A stretch of 63,963 bases of DNA, filler included. It is 7 parts of 7 records of this genome, joined end to end, with 100 filler letters (N's around TTAATTAATTAA, not from the genome) between each part and the next. Parts side by side here need not be neighbours in the genome. Positions count along the whole stretch, not along the records: positions 1 to 18,693 come from DRR723986_18855; 6 more parts are not named here. The stretch is one strand, 5' to 3'. Of the stretch, positions 1-10,733 are shown piece after piece (within the stretch, counting starts at the first letter, position 1; each line of letters begins with the position of its first letter). Both the position numbers and the translations under genes were made by a program. The notes under the pieces were generated by a model. The model did no database searches. It worked only from the letters and a program-made list of their open reading frames with translations, and was not told the DNA's origin.

Positions 1-27
1 AAAAGCTGCCATATGGCAGCTTTTTTT
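1..27 (+). terminator. Intrinsic terminator hairpin
   Basis: AAAAGCTGCC-ATAT-GGCAGCTTTT perfect inverted repeat followed by further Ts. Confidence 0.7.
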
Positions 28-50
28 ATAATAAAAAGAAAGGAAAATCT

Positions 51-1001
51 ATGCAATCATTAATCACAGGTATCCATCACATCACTGCGATTGCTGGAAA
101 CCCACAAGCAAATATTGATTTCTATACCGGAATTCTCGGATTGAGATTAGTGAAAAAGACAATCAATTTTGATGCGCCCGGAGTTTACCATTTCTATTTC
201 GGAGATGAATTGGGAAGACCAGGTACAGTATTTACTACCTTTCCTTTTACTGGCGCTCGCAAAGGTTCCAAAGGAGCGGGGGAGGTTACTTACACTGCAT
301 TTTCAGTAGCTGCTGGTTCTTTGGATTATTGGATTGAGCGATTGAAAAAGTTCGGAGTTGCTGTTTCAGATAAACTGACCAGATTTGGTGATCAATTGAT
401 CCGTTTTGAAGATCATGACAGCATGGGAATTGAGTTGATCGCAAATGATCAGGATGATAGAACGGGCTGGTCTTATGGACAGGTGCCAATTGAGCATTCG
501 ATTAAAGGTTTCTATGGAGCTACTTTAAATCTAAGAGCTAAGGAGTTGACTGAAAAGTTGCTGACTGAGCACATGGATTACCGCTTTATAGGAGAGGAAA
601 ATGGCAGATTTCGATATGGTACAGCTGGCAAGCCAGGAGATATTGTGGACATAGTGATTGATAAATCTGGGAGCCGTGGAATGCAAAGTGCAGGCACAAT
701 TCATCACATTGCTTTCCGCACAGAAAATGCAGCTTCGCAACTTCAAGTTCAGGATAAGCTGATGAAAAATGGCTATCAGGTGACTGAAGTGAAAGATAGA
801 AATTACTTTACTTCCGTCTATTTCCGTGAACCAGGTGGAGTTCTTTTCGAAGTGGCTACAGACGAACCAGGATTTGCAATTGATGAGGATGAAGCGCACT
901 TGGGTGAGTTGATCAAACTGCCTGAATGGGCTGAGCCAAATCGCAAAAAACTAGAGGAGAGTTTGATTCCAGTAAAATTAAATGTAGAGTCTTATGCCTA
1001 A
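51..1001 (+). CDS. Ring-cleaving dioxygenase / two-domain glyoxalase (MhqA-like VOC)
   Basis: GIHHIT, KKTINFD...YHFYFG, HHIAFR, DRNYFTSVYFREPGGVLFE motifs. Confidence 0.9.
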   Translation: MQSLITGIHHITAIAGNPQANIDFYTGILGLRLVKKTINFDAPGVYHFYFGDELGRPGTVFTTFPFTGARKGSKGAGEVTYTAFSVAAGSLDYWIERLKKFGVAVSDKLTRFGDQLIRFEDHDSMGIELIANDQDDRTGWSYGQVPIEHSIKGFYGATLNLRAKELTEKLLTEHMDYRFIGEENGRFRYGTAGKPGDIVDIVIDKSGSRGMQSAGTIHHIAFRTENAASQLQVQDKLMKNGYQVTEVKDRNYFTSVYFREPGGVLFEVATDEPGFAIDEDEAHLGELIKLPEWAEPNRKKLEESLIPVKLNVESYA

Positions 1002-1602
1002 GATAAAAACAGCAGGTATTCCCTTGGATCAAGCCAAAAAAGCTGCGATTCTAATTCATGGTAGAGGCGCTAATGCAGAAAGTATTTTGGGTCTGTCGAA
1101 GTACCTTAAACTAGATGATTATGCGCTTTTGGCTCCAGAAGCTGAAGGAGGTTCATGGTATCCTTACAGTTTCATGGCTCTGGATGAGGCAAATGAGAAA
1201 GCTTTAAAAGAGTCATTAGCTACTATTAAAGATGCATGGGATCAAATTGCTACCGCTGGTATTCCTTCGGAAAACGTCGTATTTATTGGCTTTTCCCAGG
1301 GGGCTTGTCTTAGCCTTGAGTTTGCTGCACAAAATGCTCAGAAGCTTGCGGGAGTAATCGCTTTCACGGGTGGCTTGATTGGTGAGACTATTCAGGAACA
1401 GAAATATTCTGGTGATTTTGATGGCACCCCAATCTTTATTGGAAGTAGCGAGCAAGATTTTCATGTACCCCTTTCTAGAATAAAAGAATCAGAAACCCTA
1501 CTGAGCAGGATGGGGGCAAAAGTGAAATTGTCGATTTTCAAGGATTCCAATCATACTATCCGTCAGGAAGAAATTGATTGGGTCAACGAGAATATATTGT
1601 AA
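994..1602 (+). CDS. Phospholipase/carboxylesterase (MhqD-like alpha/beta hydrolase)
   Basis: HGRG oxyanion motif, GFSQG nucleophile, D and H triad residues; overlaps upstream glyoxalase. Confidence 0.88.
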   Translation: MPKIKTAGIPLDQAKKAAILIHGRGANAESILGLSKYLKLDDYALLAPEAEGGSWYPYSFMALDEANEKALKESLATIKDAWDQIATAGIPSENVVFIGFSQGACLSLEFAAQNAQKLAGVIAFTGGLIGETIQEQKYSGDFDGTPIFIGSSEQDFHVPLSRIKESETLLSRMGAKVKLSIFKDSNHTIRQEEIDWVNENIL

Positions 1603-1620
1603 ATAGGTTTTCTTAATTCA

Positions 1621-1653
1621 AAAAAACCTCTGGCAGTTTGTCAGAGGTTTTTT
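1621..1653. terminator. Bidirectional intrinsic terminator
   Basis: AAAAAACCTCTGGCA-GTT-TGTCAGAGGTTTTTT between convergent genes. Confidence 0.85.
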
Positions 1654-1658
1654 ATGTG

Positions 1659-4600
1659 TCAAAAAGAATAACTCACTTGGGATCCAAGCTCAGGATCCAA
1701 TTCCACATTAGCAAAGACGCCAATTTCCTGTTGTAAATCTTCCACATGACTAATGATTCCTACGATCCGGTTTTCGTGGCGAAGTGATTTAAGGGTTTCA
1801 AAGACCACCCGAAGGGCATTTTTATCCAAGGCACCAAAACCCTCATCCATAAAGAAGAAACTTTGATCAGCTTGGTTCAGGGCTTTTACTTTTTCTGCCA
1901 AAGCCAATGCTAGACAGAGCGAAGCTTGGAAAGTCTGGCCTCCAGAGAGCGTTTTGAGTAGGCGTTTCTTGCCTCCATTCAAATAGTCAATTACCCAGAA
2001 GGTATTGTTATCATCAATTTCCAGGCTAAGTCGATTTTTGCAAAGCTTCATAAAGCGAACATTCGCCGTGTTGCAAAGCTCCTTCAGGTAAATAGAGCTT
2101 ACGAACTTTACAAAACCACTGCCGCGAAATAGATTGTCCAATTCTTTGAGATAGCTTTCTCTGATCTCAAGTTTGGCGAAGTCAGCCTGCAAACTTTTCT
2201 TTTCGGCTAGTTTTGAGATTGCTTCCTGAATTTCCTTGTCTAGCAATAAGACTTGATTTTGGAAAGATTCAGCGTTGGTTTTTAAGTTTTCGAAAGAGTT
2301 AGCTAGCTCCTGAAAGGTTTGTTCCTGAAAATCGGCTACACCTTTCTCGGCTTCTAATTCTTGAATTCTATTTTCGGCGATATCATGCTTCCTGTCAAAG
2401 TCCGCAACTTCCCGAGCTACCTTCTCCGCATCCAGTGAATGCTGGAATAAGCTAATCAATCGCTCCTCATCTTGGAATCCATGCCTGATTTTCAAAGCTT
2501 CAAAATCTGTGGTTAGCTTTTCGAGCTTTGTCGAACTCTCATCACGCAGCTGAATGAAATTTGCTAAGTCGGCTAAGTTTTTATCCGCTACACTACGTTT
2601 TTCGCGCAAGTGCTTTTGCTTTCCTTCCAGTGATTTCAATGCGTCTTCTATGTCTTTTTCCACTTTATCTATCGCAAATCGGATTTGCTCAGATTCTTTG
2701 GTGAAAAACTGTTTACAGAAAACCATATCTCGAATTTCTTCTTTCTTCGAGGAAATATTGGATAGTACAGATTGCAGTTTCAACTGTGCTTGTTGCAATT
2801 CCTTTTCAGATTGATCAATCGAAATTCGCTCTGCATCCCAGTTTTTGCGAAGGGATTTTACTTCTTGAATCAGCTTTTCCCGACTTTGAGAGTTTCTTTC
2901 TATTGCCTGAATTTTCGAAAGTAGTGCTTCGTGAGATTCTATTCCCTTTTTAGCTAAAGTAGCATTTAAAGAGCTGAGATTTTGCTTCGTTTCTTGTAAT
3001 TCAGAGCTTTTTGAGGCAATATTTTTTTGATTGTTTTCTAAATGAAATGTCAACTCTCCGAAACTGGATTTAGAAGTTTGAATCTGATCTAAAAGTACCT
3101 TTGCTTCCTGAATTTCAAGATCTTTTTGGGCTAAGTTATTTTTATCATCTCCTTGAAGTGGACTTGGATGATCTATTGCTCCGCAAAGTGGGCAGGCCTC
3201 TCCGTTATGAAGCAAATGAACATGCGCAGCAAGTCCTTGCTTTTGCATCAGGATATCGCGCTCTTTCTCCAGTTTTTGAATAGTTGCTTTCTGGGTTGTT
3301 AACCAATTTTCGAAAGAGTCTTCACAATCAGGAATAGAACTTTTTAGAACTTCCAATTTGTCTTCGATTCGCCTTACTTCTTTTGCTAATTCATTCTCCT
3401 CTGATTGAAGTCTGCTCAATTGAACTTCGAGGGTTTTCCAGTCTTTAGCTGAGCTAATAAGGTTTGCCAATTGTGAGCTGTCAGTAGAGCTTATCTTTTC
3501 CGCCTCAGTTTCTAGCTCAGTAATTTTTGTTTCCAATGCCTTTTGAGCCTCTTTTTTAGTCTTTATTGAGGGTTGCAAATTGAGCAGCGTGGCATTCGCA
3601 ACTTCTCGCTGAGTTTCTAGGGATTGGATTTCTATGACTTTTTTCAAATCACGGATTTTTGCTTCCCTTTGTGGTCGCTCCTGATTCTTTTTTTTGAGCT
3701 CCTCCTCTTCTTTTTCCAGATCAGCAACTTCTTTTGCAAACTCTATTTTAAAGCGCTCACAGTCAATTACGCTTACTTTATACTTTTCCAAGTCAGCGTT
3801 GGTGTCACGAATCAGGTCCCAAACAGGGCGAAGATGGGTTTTGGCTTTGATGAATTCTGAATGTAGCTGACGCTGTTTTTCAATTTCGGGACGTTGAAAA
3901 TTCAAACTTTCTCTCTCAGTTCTGAACTTCAGCAATTGCTGGTTTTTAGCTCGCAGGTTTTCTTGAAGCCGAATTTCAGTTTCAGCAATTTTTAGTTTTT
4001 GCGAAGCGTCAGTTGCATGGGTTTTTAGCTCAGAAAAATGACCTTGTTTTTCTATCAGTACTTCTTCTGAATATTCTTCCAAGCCCTGCAATTGAGTTTC
4101 CAAACGGATTTTCTTCTCTTTCACAGCCTTTAGAAGTAAGCCGGTTTTGAAGGATAAATCAAATCGCTCCAAACCAAAAAGCTCCTTCATCATCTTTGCC
4201 TGATCCAAAGGTTTTTGATCGATGAACTCTCGGAATTTGCCCTGAGGGATAATAACTGTCTGTTTGAAATGCTCCTTTTTCATACCGACGATTTCTTCCG
4301 CTCTAGCTGAAATCGGCTCCCAGTTCCCATCTACTTTTTCATAGAAAGTATGCTCAGCTGGTTTGATGTCATCAAAATTCTTCGGATTTCTCTTAGCTGA
4401 ATAGCGTGCTAAATAGTTTTTTGCATTGTTTTTACCCGAGCTGAATTCGAAATTTAAAAGAAGTAGATCACTTTGGAGATTTACCATGCTGTTCTTTTCT
4501 CCGCGATCAGAAAGCCGTTCCGTACTTCCATAAAGCGCCAAAAGAATTGCTTCCAAAATGGAGGATTTTCCAGAACCCACTGCACCAAAAATTCCAAAAA

Positions 4601-4688
4601 GTCCCGCTGCCGTCAGCTTATCAAATTCTATTGTCTGCTTTTCTTTGTAGGAGTATAATCCCTGAATGTCAAGTTTGATAGGAATCAT
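1659..4688 (-). CDS. sbcC: SMC-family exonuclease subunit SbcC
   Basis: Walker A GAVGSGKS, long coiled coil with CPLCG zinc hook, LSGGQ signature, FFFMDEGFG Walker B. Confidence 0.95.
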   Translation of the reverse strand: MIPIKLDIQGLYSYKEKQTIEFDKLTAAGLFGIFGAVGSGKSSILEAILLALYGSTERLSDRGEKNSMVNLQSDLLLLNFEFSSGKNNAKNYLARYSAKRNPKNFDDIKPAEHTFYEKVDGNWEPISARAEEIVGMKKEHFKQTVIIPQGKFREFIDQKPLDQAKMMKELFGLERFDLSFKTGLLLKAVKEKKIRLETQLQGLEEYSEEVLIEKQGHFSELKTHATDASQKLKIAETEIRLQENLRAKNQQLLKFRTERESLNFQRPEIEKQRQLHSEFIKAKTHLRPVWDLIRDTNADLEKYKVSVIDCERFKIEFAKEVADLEKEEEELKKKNQERPQREAKIRDLKKVIEIQSLETQREVANATLLNLQPSIKTKKEAQKALETKITELETEAEKISSTDSSQLANLISSAKDWKTLEVQLSRLQSEENELAKEVRRIEDKLEVLKSSIPDCEDSFENWLTTQKATIQKLEKERDILMQKQGLAAHVHLLHNGEACPLCGAIDHPSPLQGDDKNNLAQKDLEIQEAKVLLDQIQTSKSSFGELTFHLENNQKNIASKSSELQETKQNLSSLNATLAKKGIESHEALLSKIQAIERNSQSREKLIQEVKSLRKNWDAERISIDQSEKELQQAQLKLQSVLSNISSKKEEIRDMVFCKQFFTKESEQIRFAIDKVEKDIEDALKSLEGKQKHLREKRSVADKNLADLANFIQLRDESSTKLEKLTTDFEALKIRHGFQDEERLISLFQHSLDAEKVAREVADFDRKHDIAENRIQELEAEKGVADFQEQTFQELANSFENLKTNAESFQNQVLLLDKEIQEAISKLAEKKSLQADFAKLEIRESYLKELDNLFRGSGFVKFVSSIYLKELCNTANVRFMKLCKNRLSLEIDDNNTFWVIDYLNGGKKRLLKTLSGGQTFQASLCLALALAEKVKALNQADQSFFFMDEGFGALDKNALRVVFETLKSLRHENRIVGIISHVEDLQQEIGVFANVELDPELGSQVSYSF

Positions 4689-5914
4689 GCTTCGTCGTTT
4701 TGGCTGATGACTTCTTTAAAAATCGAGAGTAATTCCTCATTTGGCTCCTGACCTTTGTCACTTTGGTAAAATAGTTTGAACAGGCTTTCCATGTCTTTTC
4801 CGAGGTCTTCCACTTGCAAACTTTGATTTTCTCTCCCCAAAGGATTTTTGATCTGGGGAATCAGATTGACGATGCCGTCATGTGCTTTCATAATTGCTTT
4901 TCGCGTAGCCGCCTCGATGGAGCTATCTGTTATATAGGTCAGTTCCACAAAACAATAGGGGTTTTCTTCAAGCCATGATAATGTATCGGGAAGGTTATCG
5001 AAGGTTTTGCGGAATAGAGGCCTTCCTTGCTTCAATCCTATTGGACGGTAATTCACAGGTTTTCCCGGCTCCCCTTCGATGATCACCACTTGCTTTTCCT
5101 GATCCGCTTCGCTAAAAGAGTAGGCGAGGGGCGAACTGGAATAAACTACAGGGCAATGCTCGTGACCAACTGAATGGTAGCGATGCAAATGTCCCAAAGC
5201 TGCGTATTGAATCTGTGAAGGGATATTTCTGGTGAAAAGAGCCTGCGTTCCTCCCACGTGGAGAATTGGTCTTTCGGATTCCGGTTCAGGCTCAGGCTTC
5301 TCACCTTCCTTCATAAAGAAAAAGTGCCCTGCAAAGAGATTTACTCCTTGCTCATCGCAATATTGCTCAGCTATTTGGTTCCAATTCTCACCCAACAGAT
5401 TGCGGAATTCTTCCTCACGATCTCCTTCTCCTAGGTAAGTTTTCATCGAAACTTCATTTGCATAGGGCGCTAGAATAATGCGAACCGGAAAGTCAATTTC
5501 CGGCAGCTTCATTTCCACAAAACCGGTATCAGATTGGGTGATTTCTATACCATTGTCAAGTTTGCCAATTGGGATGACCGTGTCGTATTTTCCATAGAAA
5601 AAGATCCCCATTTCACGGGCCAGTGGATCCGGAGCTTCTACGAATTGTGTGCTATCATGATTGCCGGAGATAGCTATGATTGGTCTTTTTCCTCCTTTTG
5701 AAAGCCTGCGAAGAGATTTGTACAGCAATTCTACAGCTTCATGACTAGGATTGAATGTGTCAAAAATATCTCCTGCCAATAGAATCAGGTCAACATTTTC
5801 CTGATCTGCTATTTCCTGGATTTCTGCCAAAACCAGTTTTTGCTCCTCCAGTCTGGAATATTCCTGAAGTCTTTTTCCCAAATGCCAATCAGCGGTGTGG
5901 AGGATTTTGATCAT
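4685..5914 (-). CDS. sbcD: Exonuclease subunit SbcD
   Basis: HTADWHLG, GDIFD, GNHD, LGHLH metallophosphoesterase motifs; ATGA overlap with sbcC. Confidence 0.95.
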   Translation of the reverse strand: MIKILHTADWHLGKRLQEYSRLEEQKLVLAEIQEIADQENVDLILLAGDIFDTFNPSHEAVELLYKSLRRLSKGGKRPIIAISGNHDSTQFVEAPDPLAREMGIFFYGKYDTVIPIGKLDNGIEITQSDTGFVEMKLPEIDFPVRIILAPYANEVSMKTYLGEGDREEEFRNLLGENWNQIAEQYCDEQGVNLFAGHFFFMKEGEKPEPEPESERPILHVGGTQALFTRNIPSQIQYAALGHLHRYHSVGHEHCPVVYSSSPLAYSFSEADQEKQVVIIEGEPGKPVNYRPIGLKQGRPLFRKTFDNLPDTLSWLEENPYCFVELTYITDSSIEAATRKAIMKAHDGIVNLIPQIKNPLGRENQSLQVEDLGKDMESLFKLFYQSDKGQEPNEELLSIFKEVISQNDEA

Positions 5915-6037
5915 AATCGTAGCTAAAAATGAATGAAGAACTAAGTTACTTCAGTGGATGACTTACTGCAAGCCATTTGATACAATTGACATAAATTGGC
6001 ATCTTTATTGGAAATGCTGGCGAAATTCAGATTACCT

Positions 6038-6532
6038 ATGTGGAATTGGCTTCTTATTTTGGTGGCTTCGCTTATTTCCGAGCCAAATCAGCCCGAACTG
6101 CCGCCTGATGCCTTGTTGATACAAGAGGGAGTGGCTAGCTTCTATGGTCGCAGATTCCACTTAAGAAAAACGTCCAATGGTGAGGTTTTTCATATGGATA
6201 GCCTTACAGCAGCGCATAAGACTTTGCCATTTAATACCCTTGTCAAAGTGACTCGGGAAGATACAGGCGAGTTTGTATGGGTGAGGATTAACGATAGACT
6301 TCCAAAAACTTCCAGACGAATCATTGATTTGTCCCGTGCGGCAGGCACTCAATTAGGTTTGCTGGATGATGGAATTACTCGTGTGCGAATCGAAGTGGAA
6401 ACTATTGAGGAGATCGATAGACTTATAGAATATTTTGGAGACGATCCTCCTGCTACCATGAGGTTAAGGCCTGTAGATCTAGCCATTAGCCCGCCTTCCA
6501 AAGAAATTGACACCTCTTTACCAGATTTTTAG
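6038..6532 (+). CDS. rlpA: Septal ring lytic transglycosylase RlpA family
   Basis: GVASFYG, TAAHKTLPF, VRINDR, RIIDLS (DPBB domain); start placed at ATG 6038. Confidence 0.88.
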   Translation: MWNWLLILVASLISEPNQPELPPDALLIQEGVASFYGRRFHLRKTSNGEVFHMDSLTAAHKTLPFNTLVKVTREDTGEFVWVRINDRLPKTSRRIIDLSRAAGTQLGLLDDGITRVRIEVETIEEIDRLIEYFGDDPPATMRLRPVDLAISPPSKEIDTSLPDF

Positions 6533-6613
6533 AATCATTAACATCCTTTTGAAAATAAATATTTTGACATTGAAGAATTAGTTAGTTTCTTATTAGCTGA
6601 AACTACTATTTCA

Positions 6614-7684
6614 ATGAAAAACTCTACTCTACTACTTTTCGGTTTTTTAATAGTCCTATTTTCTGCCTGTAAGGAAGATAAGGAAAAGGTCGAAGAAGCT
6701 CCCACAGAATCCTTTCGAAATGAAGTTGCCGCCACTGAGGTAAATGTCGCCACGGCTGAGCGCAAAAGCTTCGATTACCTAATCAATGCTACTGGGAAAC
6801 TTGAGGCGGGCGCCGAAGTTCTAGCAGTGATAGAACAAGCGGGCTACCTACTTGAAGTGAATGTCCGGGAAGGGCAGTTTGTCAAGAAAGGAGATGTTAT
6901 AGCTACGCTGGATCCTACAGAAGCAGAATTTAGATTGGAGAAGGCAAAGATTTCTCTGCGCAATGCTAATGCTGAGTATGAATCACAGAAAATGGGTTTT
7001 GAAACACTTTTCAGCTCAGGTAATGAAGCCCAAAAAGCGGTGGTAGATGAACAACTTCGAGCCAAGTCAGGTCTTTTTCTTAGTGCAGTAGAGCTCAAAG
7101 AAGCCCAAATGGCATTTGATAGAAGCGTCGTAAAAGCTCCGATTTCAGGGCAGGTGGCGGATCTCAAATACAAAGCAGGAAGTTTGGTCGGTGCAAGTAC
7201 TGAGCTTTGCCAGATTTTAGGAACCAATGAGTTCATTCTGAAAGTAAAAGTGCTGGAGTCTGAGATTAGCTTGATATCCATCAACCAAAATGCTGAGGTT
7301 TATCCAATTTCCAATACCCAAACTGCCCTTAGAGGCCGTGTGACAGGAATCAATCCTAAAGTAGATGAAAGTGGATTAGTGCAGGTATCCATTACTTTGG
7401 CAGCAAATAAAAATCTCCTGCCAGGTATGAATGCTAGGGCAATAATCCGTGCTCCGCAAAGCAACTCCTTAGTAGTTCCGAAAGATGCGCTAGTCTACCG
7501 ATCAGGAAGAGCGGTAGTGTTCTCCATAGAGAACAAAGAGTCAAAATGGAATTATGTAGAAGTGGGCAAAGACAATGGAGAGGAAGTGGAGATTCTCGAT
7601 GGTCTCGAAGAAAACAGCACCGTAATCACTTCCAATAACCTTCAACTTGCGCATCAAGCTCCGGTTCAAATCGTAAAAGAATAA
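6614..7684 (+). CDS. RND efflux periplasmic adaptor (lipoprotein)
   Basis: Lipobox FSAC, VREGQFVKKGDVIATLD lipoyl half, APISG, LLPGM. Confidence 0.92.
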   Translation: MKNSTLLLFGFLIVLFSACKEDKEKVEEAPTESFRNEVAATEVNVATAERKSFDYLINATGKLEAGAEVLAVIEQAGYLLEVNVREGQFVKKGDVIATLDPTEAEFRLEKAKISLRNANAEYESQKMGFETLFSSGNEAQKAVVDEQLRAKSGLFLSAVELKEAQMAFDRSVVKAPISGQVADLKYKAGSLVGASTELCQILGTNEFILKVKVLESEISLISINQNAEVYPISNTQTALRGRVTGINPKVDESGLVQVSITLAANKNLLPGMNARAIIRAPQSNSLVVPKDALVYRSGRAVVFSIENKESKWNYVEVGKDNGEEVEILDGLEENSTVITSNNLQLAHQAPVQIVKE

Positions 7685-7687
7685 GCC

Positions 7688-10600
7688 ATGGTTAGATTTT
7701 TACTGGCCCGGCCGATTGCAGTTTTTATGACTTTTATGGCGTTGATGGTATTTGCCTTCATCGTCCTACGCACACTGCCAATTTCGCTTTTGCCACCGAT
7801 CGACGTACCGCAAATCGTGGTGAAGGTCAGTTATCCCAATGCTTCTCCCGAAGCTATAGAGCAAAATGTCCTGAATCCAATCCGAGAAGGATTGATCACG
7901 CTGAACGGCCTGGAGGAAATGGATTCCAAAGCAGGGTCAGAAGTGGGAACGATCCGCTTGACTTTTGACTATAGTACGCAGATGGAGTTGGCTTACATCG
8001 ACGTCAATGAGAAAATAGACCGATTGACCAATGGACTGCCGCAAGATCTGGGACGTCCAGAAGTCATCCGAATCAATACTTCAGATATTCCTGTCGCTCG
8101 TGTACAGGTGGTGCCAAAAGAAGGAGCGGATGAAGTAGAAGTAAGTTTATTGGCTGAAAATGTCCTCAAGAAAAGAATAGAGCAGCTTCCGGGAGTTTCT
8201 CTGGTGGATATCAATGGAAAAAAGGACAGGATTATCACGGTTAAGCCAAATGAGGAGGCATTGTCCGCTTTAGGTATGACCCAGCAAAATGTGATTTCGG
8301 CGATCCAATCCGGTAATTCAGAGCTTCCGGGCATTTCTGTAAAGGATGGGCAGTTTCGCTACTACCTTCGATTGGCGACGAGAGTTGATACACCAAAAGA
8401 CATTGAGAGCTTGCCGGTAGCGGCATCTTCAGGTGTGATTATTCCATTGGGTAAACTTGCCGAGGTAAATTATGAGACGCAGGAAACGCTGGGGTATCAC
8501 CTTTTTGGTACTCAGGAAAGTCTGGTGATTACCGTTCACAAGCAGGCTTCCGCCAAAATGAACGAGTTGATTCCTGCACTCAAAGAGGCGATCGAGTTAT
8601 TCAAAGAGGATTATCCCCAAGTGGATTTTGAAATCACTCAGGATCAGTCAAATCTCCTGAATGCTGCCATTTCCAACTTGGAAACTTCCTTACTTTTTGG
8701 AGGTGTTTTCGCTTTCGCAGTGCTTTTCCTCTTTATGAAGGATTACCGGCTGCCGCTGATTATTGGCGTGAGTTTGCCGTCTTCCTTGCTTATTTCCTTT
8801 CTGATTTTCTACTTTTTTGATCTTTCGATCAATATCATTTCCCTCTCAGGTTTGGCACTTGGGATCGGGATGCTGATTGATAACGCAATCATCGTTTTGG
8901 ATAATATTACCAGGAAGAGGGAAAGTGGTTTACCGCTGTTCGAAGCTTGTGTAGAAGGGGTGGATGAGGTGATGGGAGCGCTTATTAGTTCTGTATTGAC
9001 TACGCTGGCAGTGTTTGTGCCGCTGGTCTTTTTGAGCGGGATTTCTGGTGCTTTGTTTTTCGATCAGGCAGTAGCTGTGACGGCGATTCTTTCGGTTTCA
9101 CTTGCAGTGGCTTTTATCCTGCTACCCATGCTGTATTTTCTGATGTTTTCGCGCAGCAAAAAAGCCTATGATGATGGAGAGGGAAGGTTTTTTAGTAAGG
9201 TTTTAGGATTGTATGAATTTGGCTACCGCAAAATAAGTGGAAGCAGGAAAACAGCAATGCTGGTATTTTTATTACTAATTCCACTTGGGTTGGGAGTTAG
9301 TTTGATGCTAAAAACGACCGGGCTCCCAGAGCTAGAAAAGCTGGATGCAACACTCGATGTGGATTGGTCTGAGCCAATTTCAGCTTCAGAAAATAGAGAT
9401 CGGGTAGTAACTCTTTTGAAAAGCCTGGAAGGAACCTATTCTCAGGCCGAGGCAGATGTGGGAGTAAAGCAATTTTTACTTTTCGATGGGGAGAACTCCA
9501 TACAGCAATCTTTACTCTATTTCCTTTTCCCATCTGTAGAAGAAAAGGAAGTGGCCATCAAAGATCTCGAAGCTACGTTGAAAAAAAATTATCCAGAAGC
9601 ATCCTTTACGCTGGGGGATGCGCCAAATGCCTTTGATCAGTTGTTCAGTTCTGACATGCCTTTCTACGAAGTGAGATGGAAAGATCTGGCATCCAAGGAA
9701 CCAGTTCCGGAGGATAAAATGGATCCTTGGCTCAGTCAATTCCCAACTCAAGAGTGGGAGCGAGGACCTGGGTTGATGAAAGAAGCGTCAGTGGTCTTTA
9801 CGCTTCGTGCAGATAAGATGGCTACCTATCAGATTCCAGTAGATGCTATTCAAACGCAGATTTCCAGGTTATTTGGAAGTTATACGATTACCGATATTCG
9901 ACGCTTTGGAGAGATCACGCCGATCCGATTGAAGGAGCCAAATGAACGGTTTGAAGATATCCTTCGCACTACCAGAGTGGTAGCCTCGGATACGACTTCA
10001 TATATTCTTGGCGAATTTGTAGAATATGGATACGAGGATCATTACAAATATGTGACTGCTGATAAAGGAGGTATTTATCAATCTCTGAATGTGACCGCTG
10101 AGAATCCGGATGAGAACGCTAGTGCATACAATCGCTGGGGACAGGACAAAAATCTAGGTGTAACTGTAGTCGGTCAGTACTTCAAGGACAAGGAGAATAT
10201 CCGCCAGTTGATTGGGATTTTGTTGATATCTGTGTTGCTACTTTACTTTATTTTGGCAGCTCAGTTTGAGAGTTTTATCCAGCCATTGATCGTGGTGTTT
10301 ACCCTTCCTTTGGGAATCGGTGGAGCATTTTTGGTACTGTGGATTTTCGGAGCTTCGCTGAATGTCATGTCTGCCATTGGACTTGTGGTGATGCTCGGGA
10401 TCATGGTAAACGATGCTATTCTGAAGATCGATACCATTAATAGGCTTCGAACAAATTATGTGGAGTCGGATGATATTTCTGCCGCACAAGCACTGGAAAT
10501 GGCACTTCATAAAGCTGGTCAGATTCGTCTCAAGCCTATCTTGATGACTTCGATTACGACTATTTTGGCATTGATTCCAATCGTGTTTAGCAGCGGCTTG

Positions 10601-10732
10601 GGAGCTGATTTGCAGCGCCCATTGGTCTTTGCAGTGATCGGGGGTCTGACTATTGGTACACTTACAGCCTTATACTTTGTGCCTTTGGCTTACTGGTTTA
10701 CAGTTTCTAAGAAATCATTGAAAACGGCATAA
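7688..10732 (+). CDS. RND efflux permease subunit 1 (AcrB/D/F family)
   Basis: ~1014 aa, RPIAV start, GMLIDNAII, RLKPILMTS motifs, TM pattern. Confidence 0.93.
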   Translation: MVRFLLARPIAVFMTFMALMVFAFIVLRTLPISLLPPIDVPQIVVKVSYPNASPEAIEQNVLNPIREGLITLNGLEEMDSKAGSEVGTIRLTFDYSTQMELAYIDVNEKIDRLTNGLPQDLGRPEVIRINTSDIPVARVQVVPKEGADEVEVSLLAENVLKKRIEQLPGVSLVDINGKKDRIITVKPNEEALSALGMTQQNVISAIQSGNSELPGISVKDGQFRYYLRLATRVDTPKDIESLPVAASSGVIIPLGKLAEVNYETQETLGYHLFGTQESLVITVHKQASAKMNELIPALKEAIELFKEDYPQVDFEITQDQSNLLNAAISNLETSLLFGGVFAFAVLFLFMKDYRLPLIIGVSLPSSLLISFLIFYFFDLSINIISLSGLALGIGMLIDNAIIVLDNITRKRESGLPLFEACVEGVDEVMGALISSVLTTLAVFVPLVFLSGISGALFFDQAVAVTAILSVSLAVAFILLPMLYFLMFSRSKKAYDDGEGRFFSKVLGLYEFGYRKISGSRKTAMLVFLLLIPLGLGVSLMLKTTGLPELEKLDATLDVDWSEPISASENRDRVVTLLKSLEGTYSQAEADVGVKQFLLFDGENSIQQSLLYFLFPSVEEKEVAIKDLEATLKKNYPEASFTLGDAPNAFDQLFSSDMPFYEVRWKDLASKEPVPEDKMDPWLSQFPTQEWERGPGLMKEASVVFTLRADKMATYQIPVDAIQTQISRLFGSYTITDIRRFGEITPIRLKEPNERFEDILRTTRVVASDTTSYILGEFVEYGYEDHYKYVTADKGGIYQSLNVTAENPDENASAYNRWGQDKNLGVTVVGQYFKDKENIRQLIGILLISVLLLYFILAAQFESFIQPLIVVFTLPLGIGGAFLVLWIFGASLNVMSAIGLVVMLGIMVNDAILKIDTINRLRTNYVESDDISAAQALEMALHKAGQIRLKPILMTSITTILALIPIVFSSGLGADLQRPLVFAVIGGLTIGTLTALYFVPLAYWFTVSKKSLKTA

Positions 10733-10733
10733 T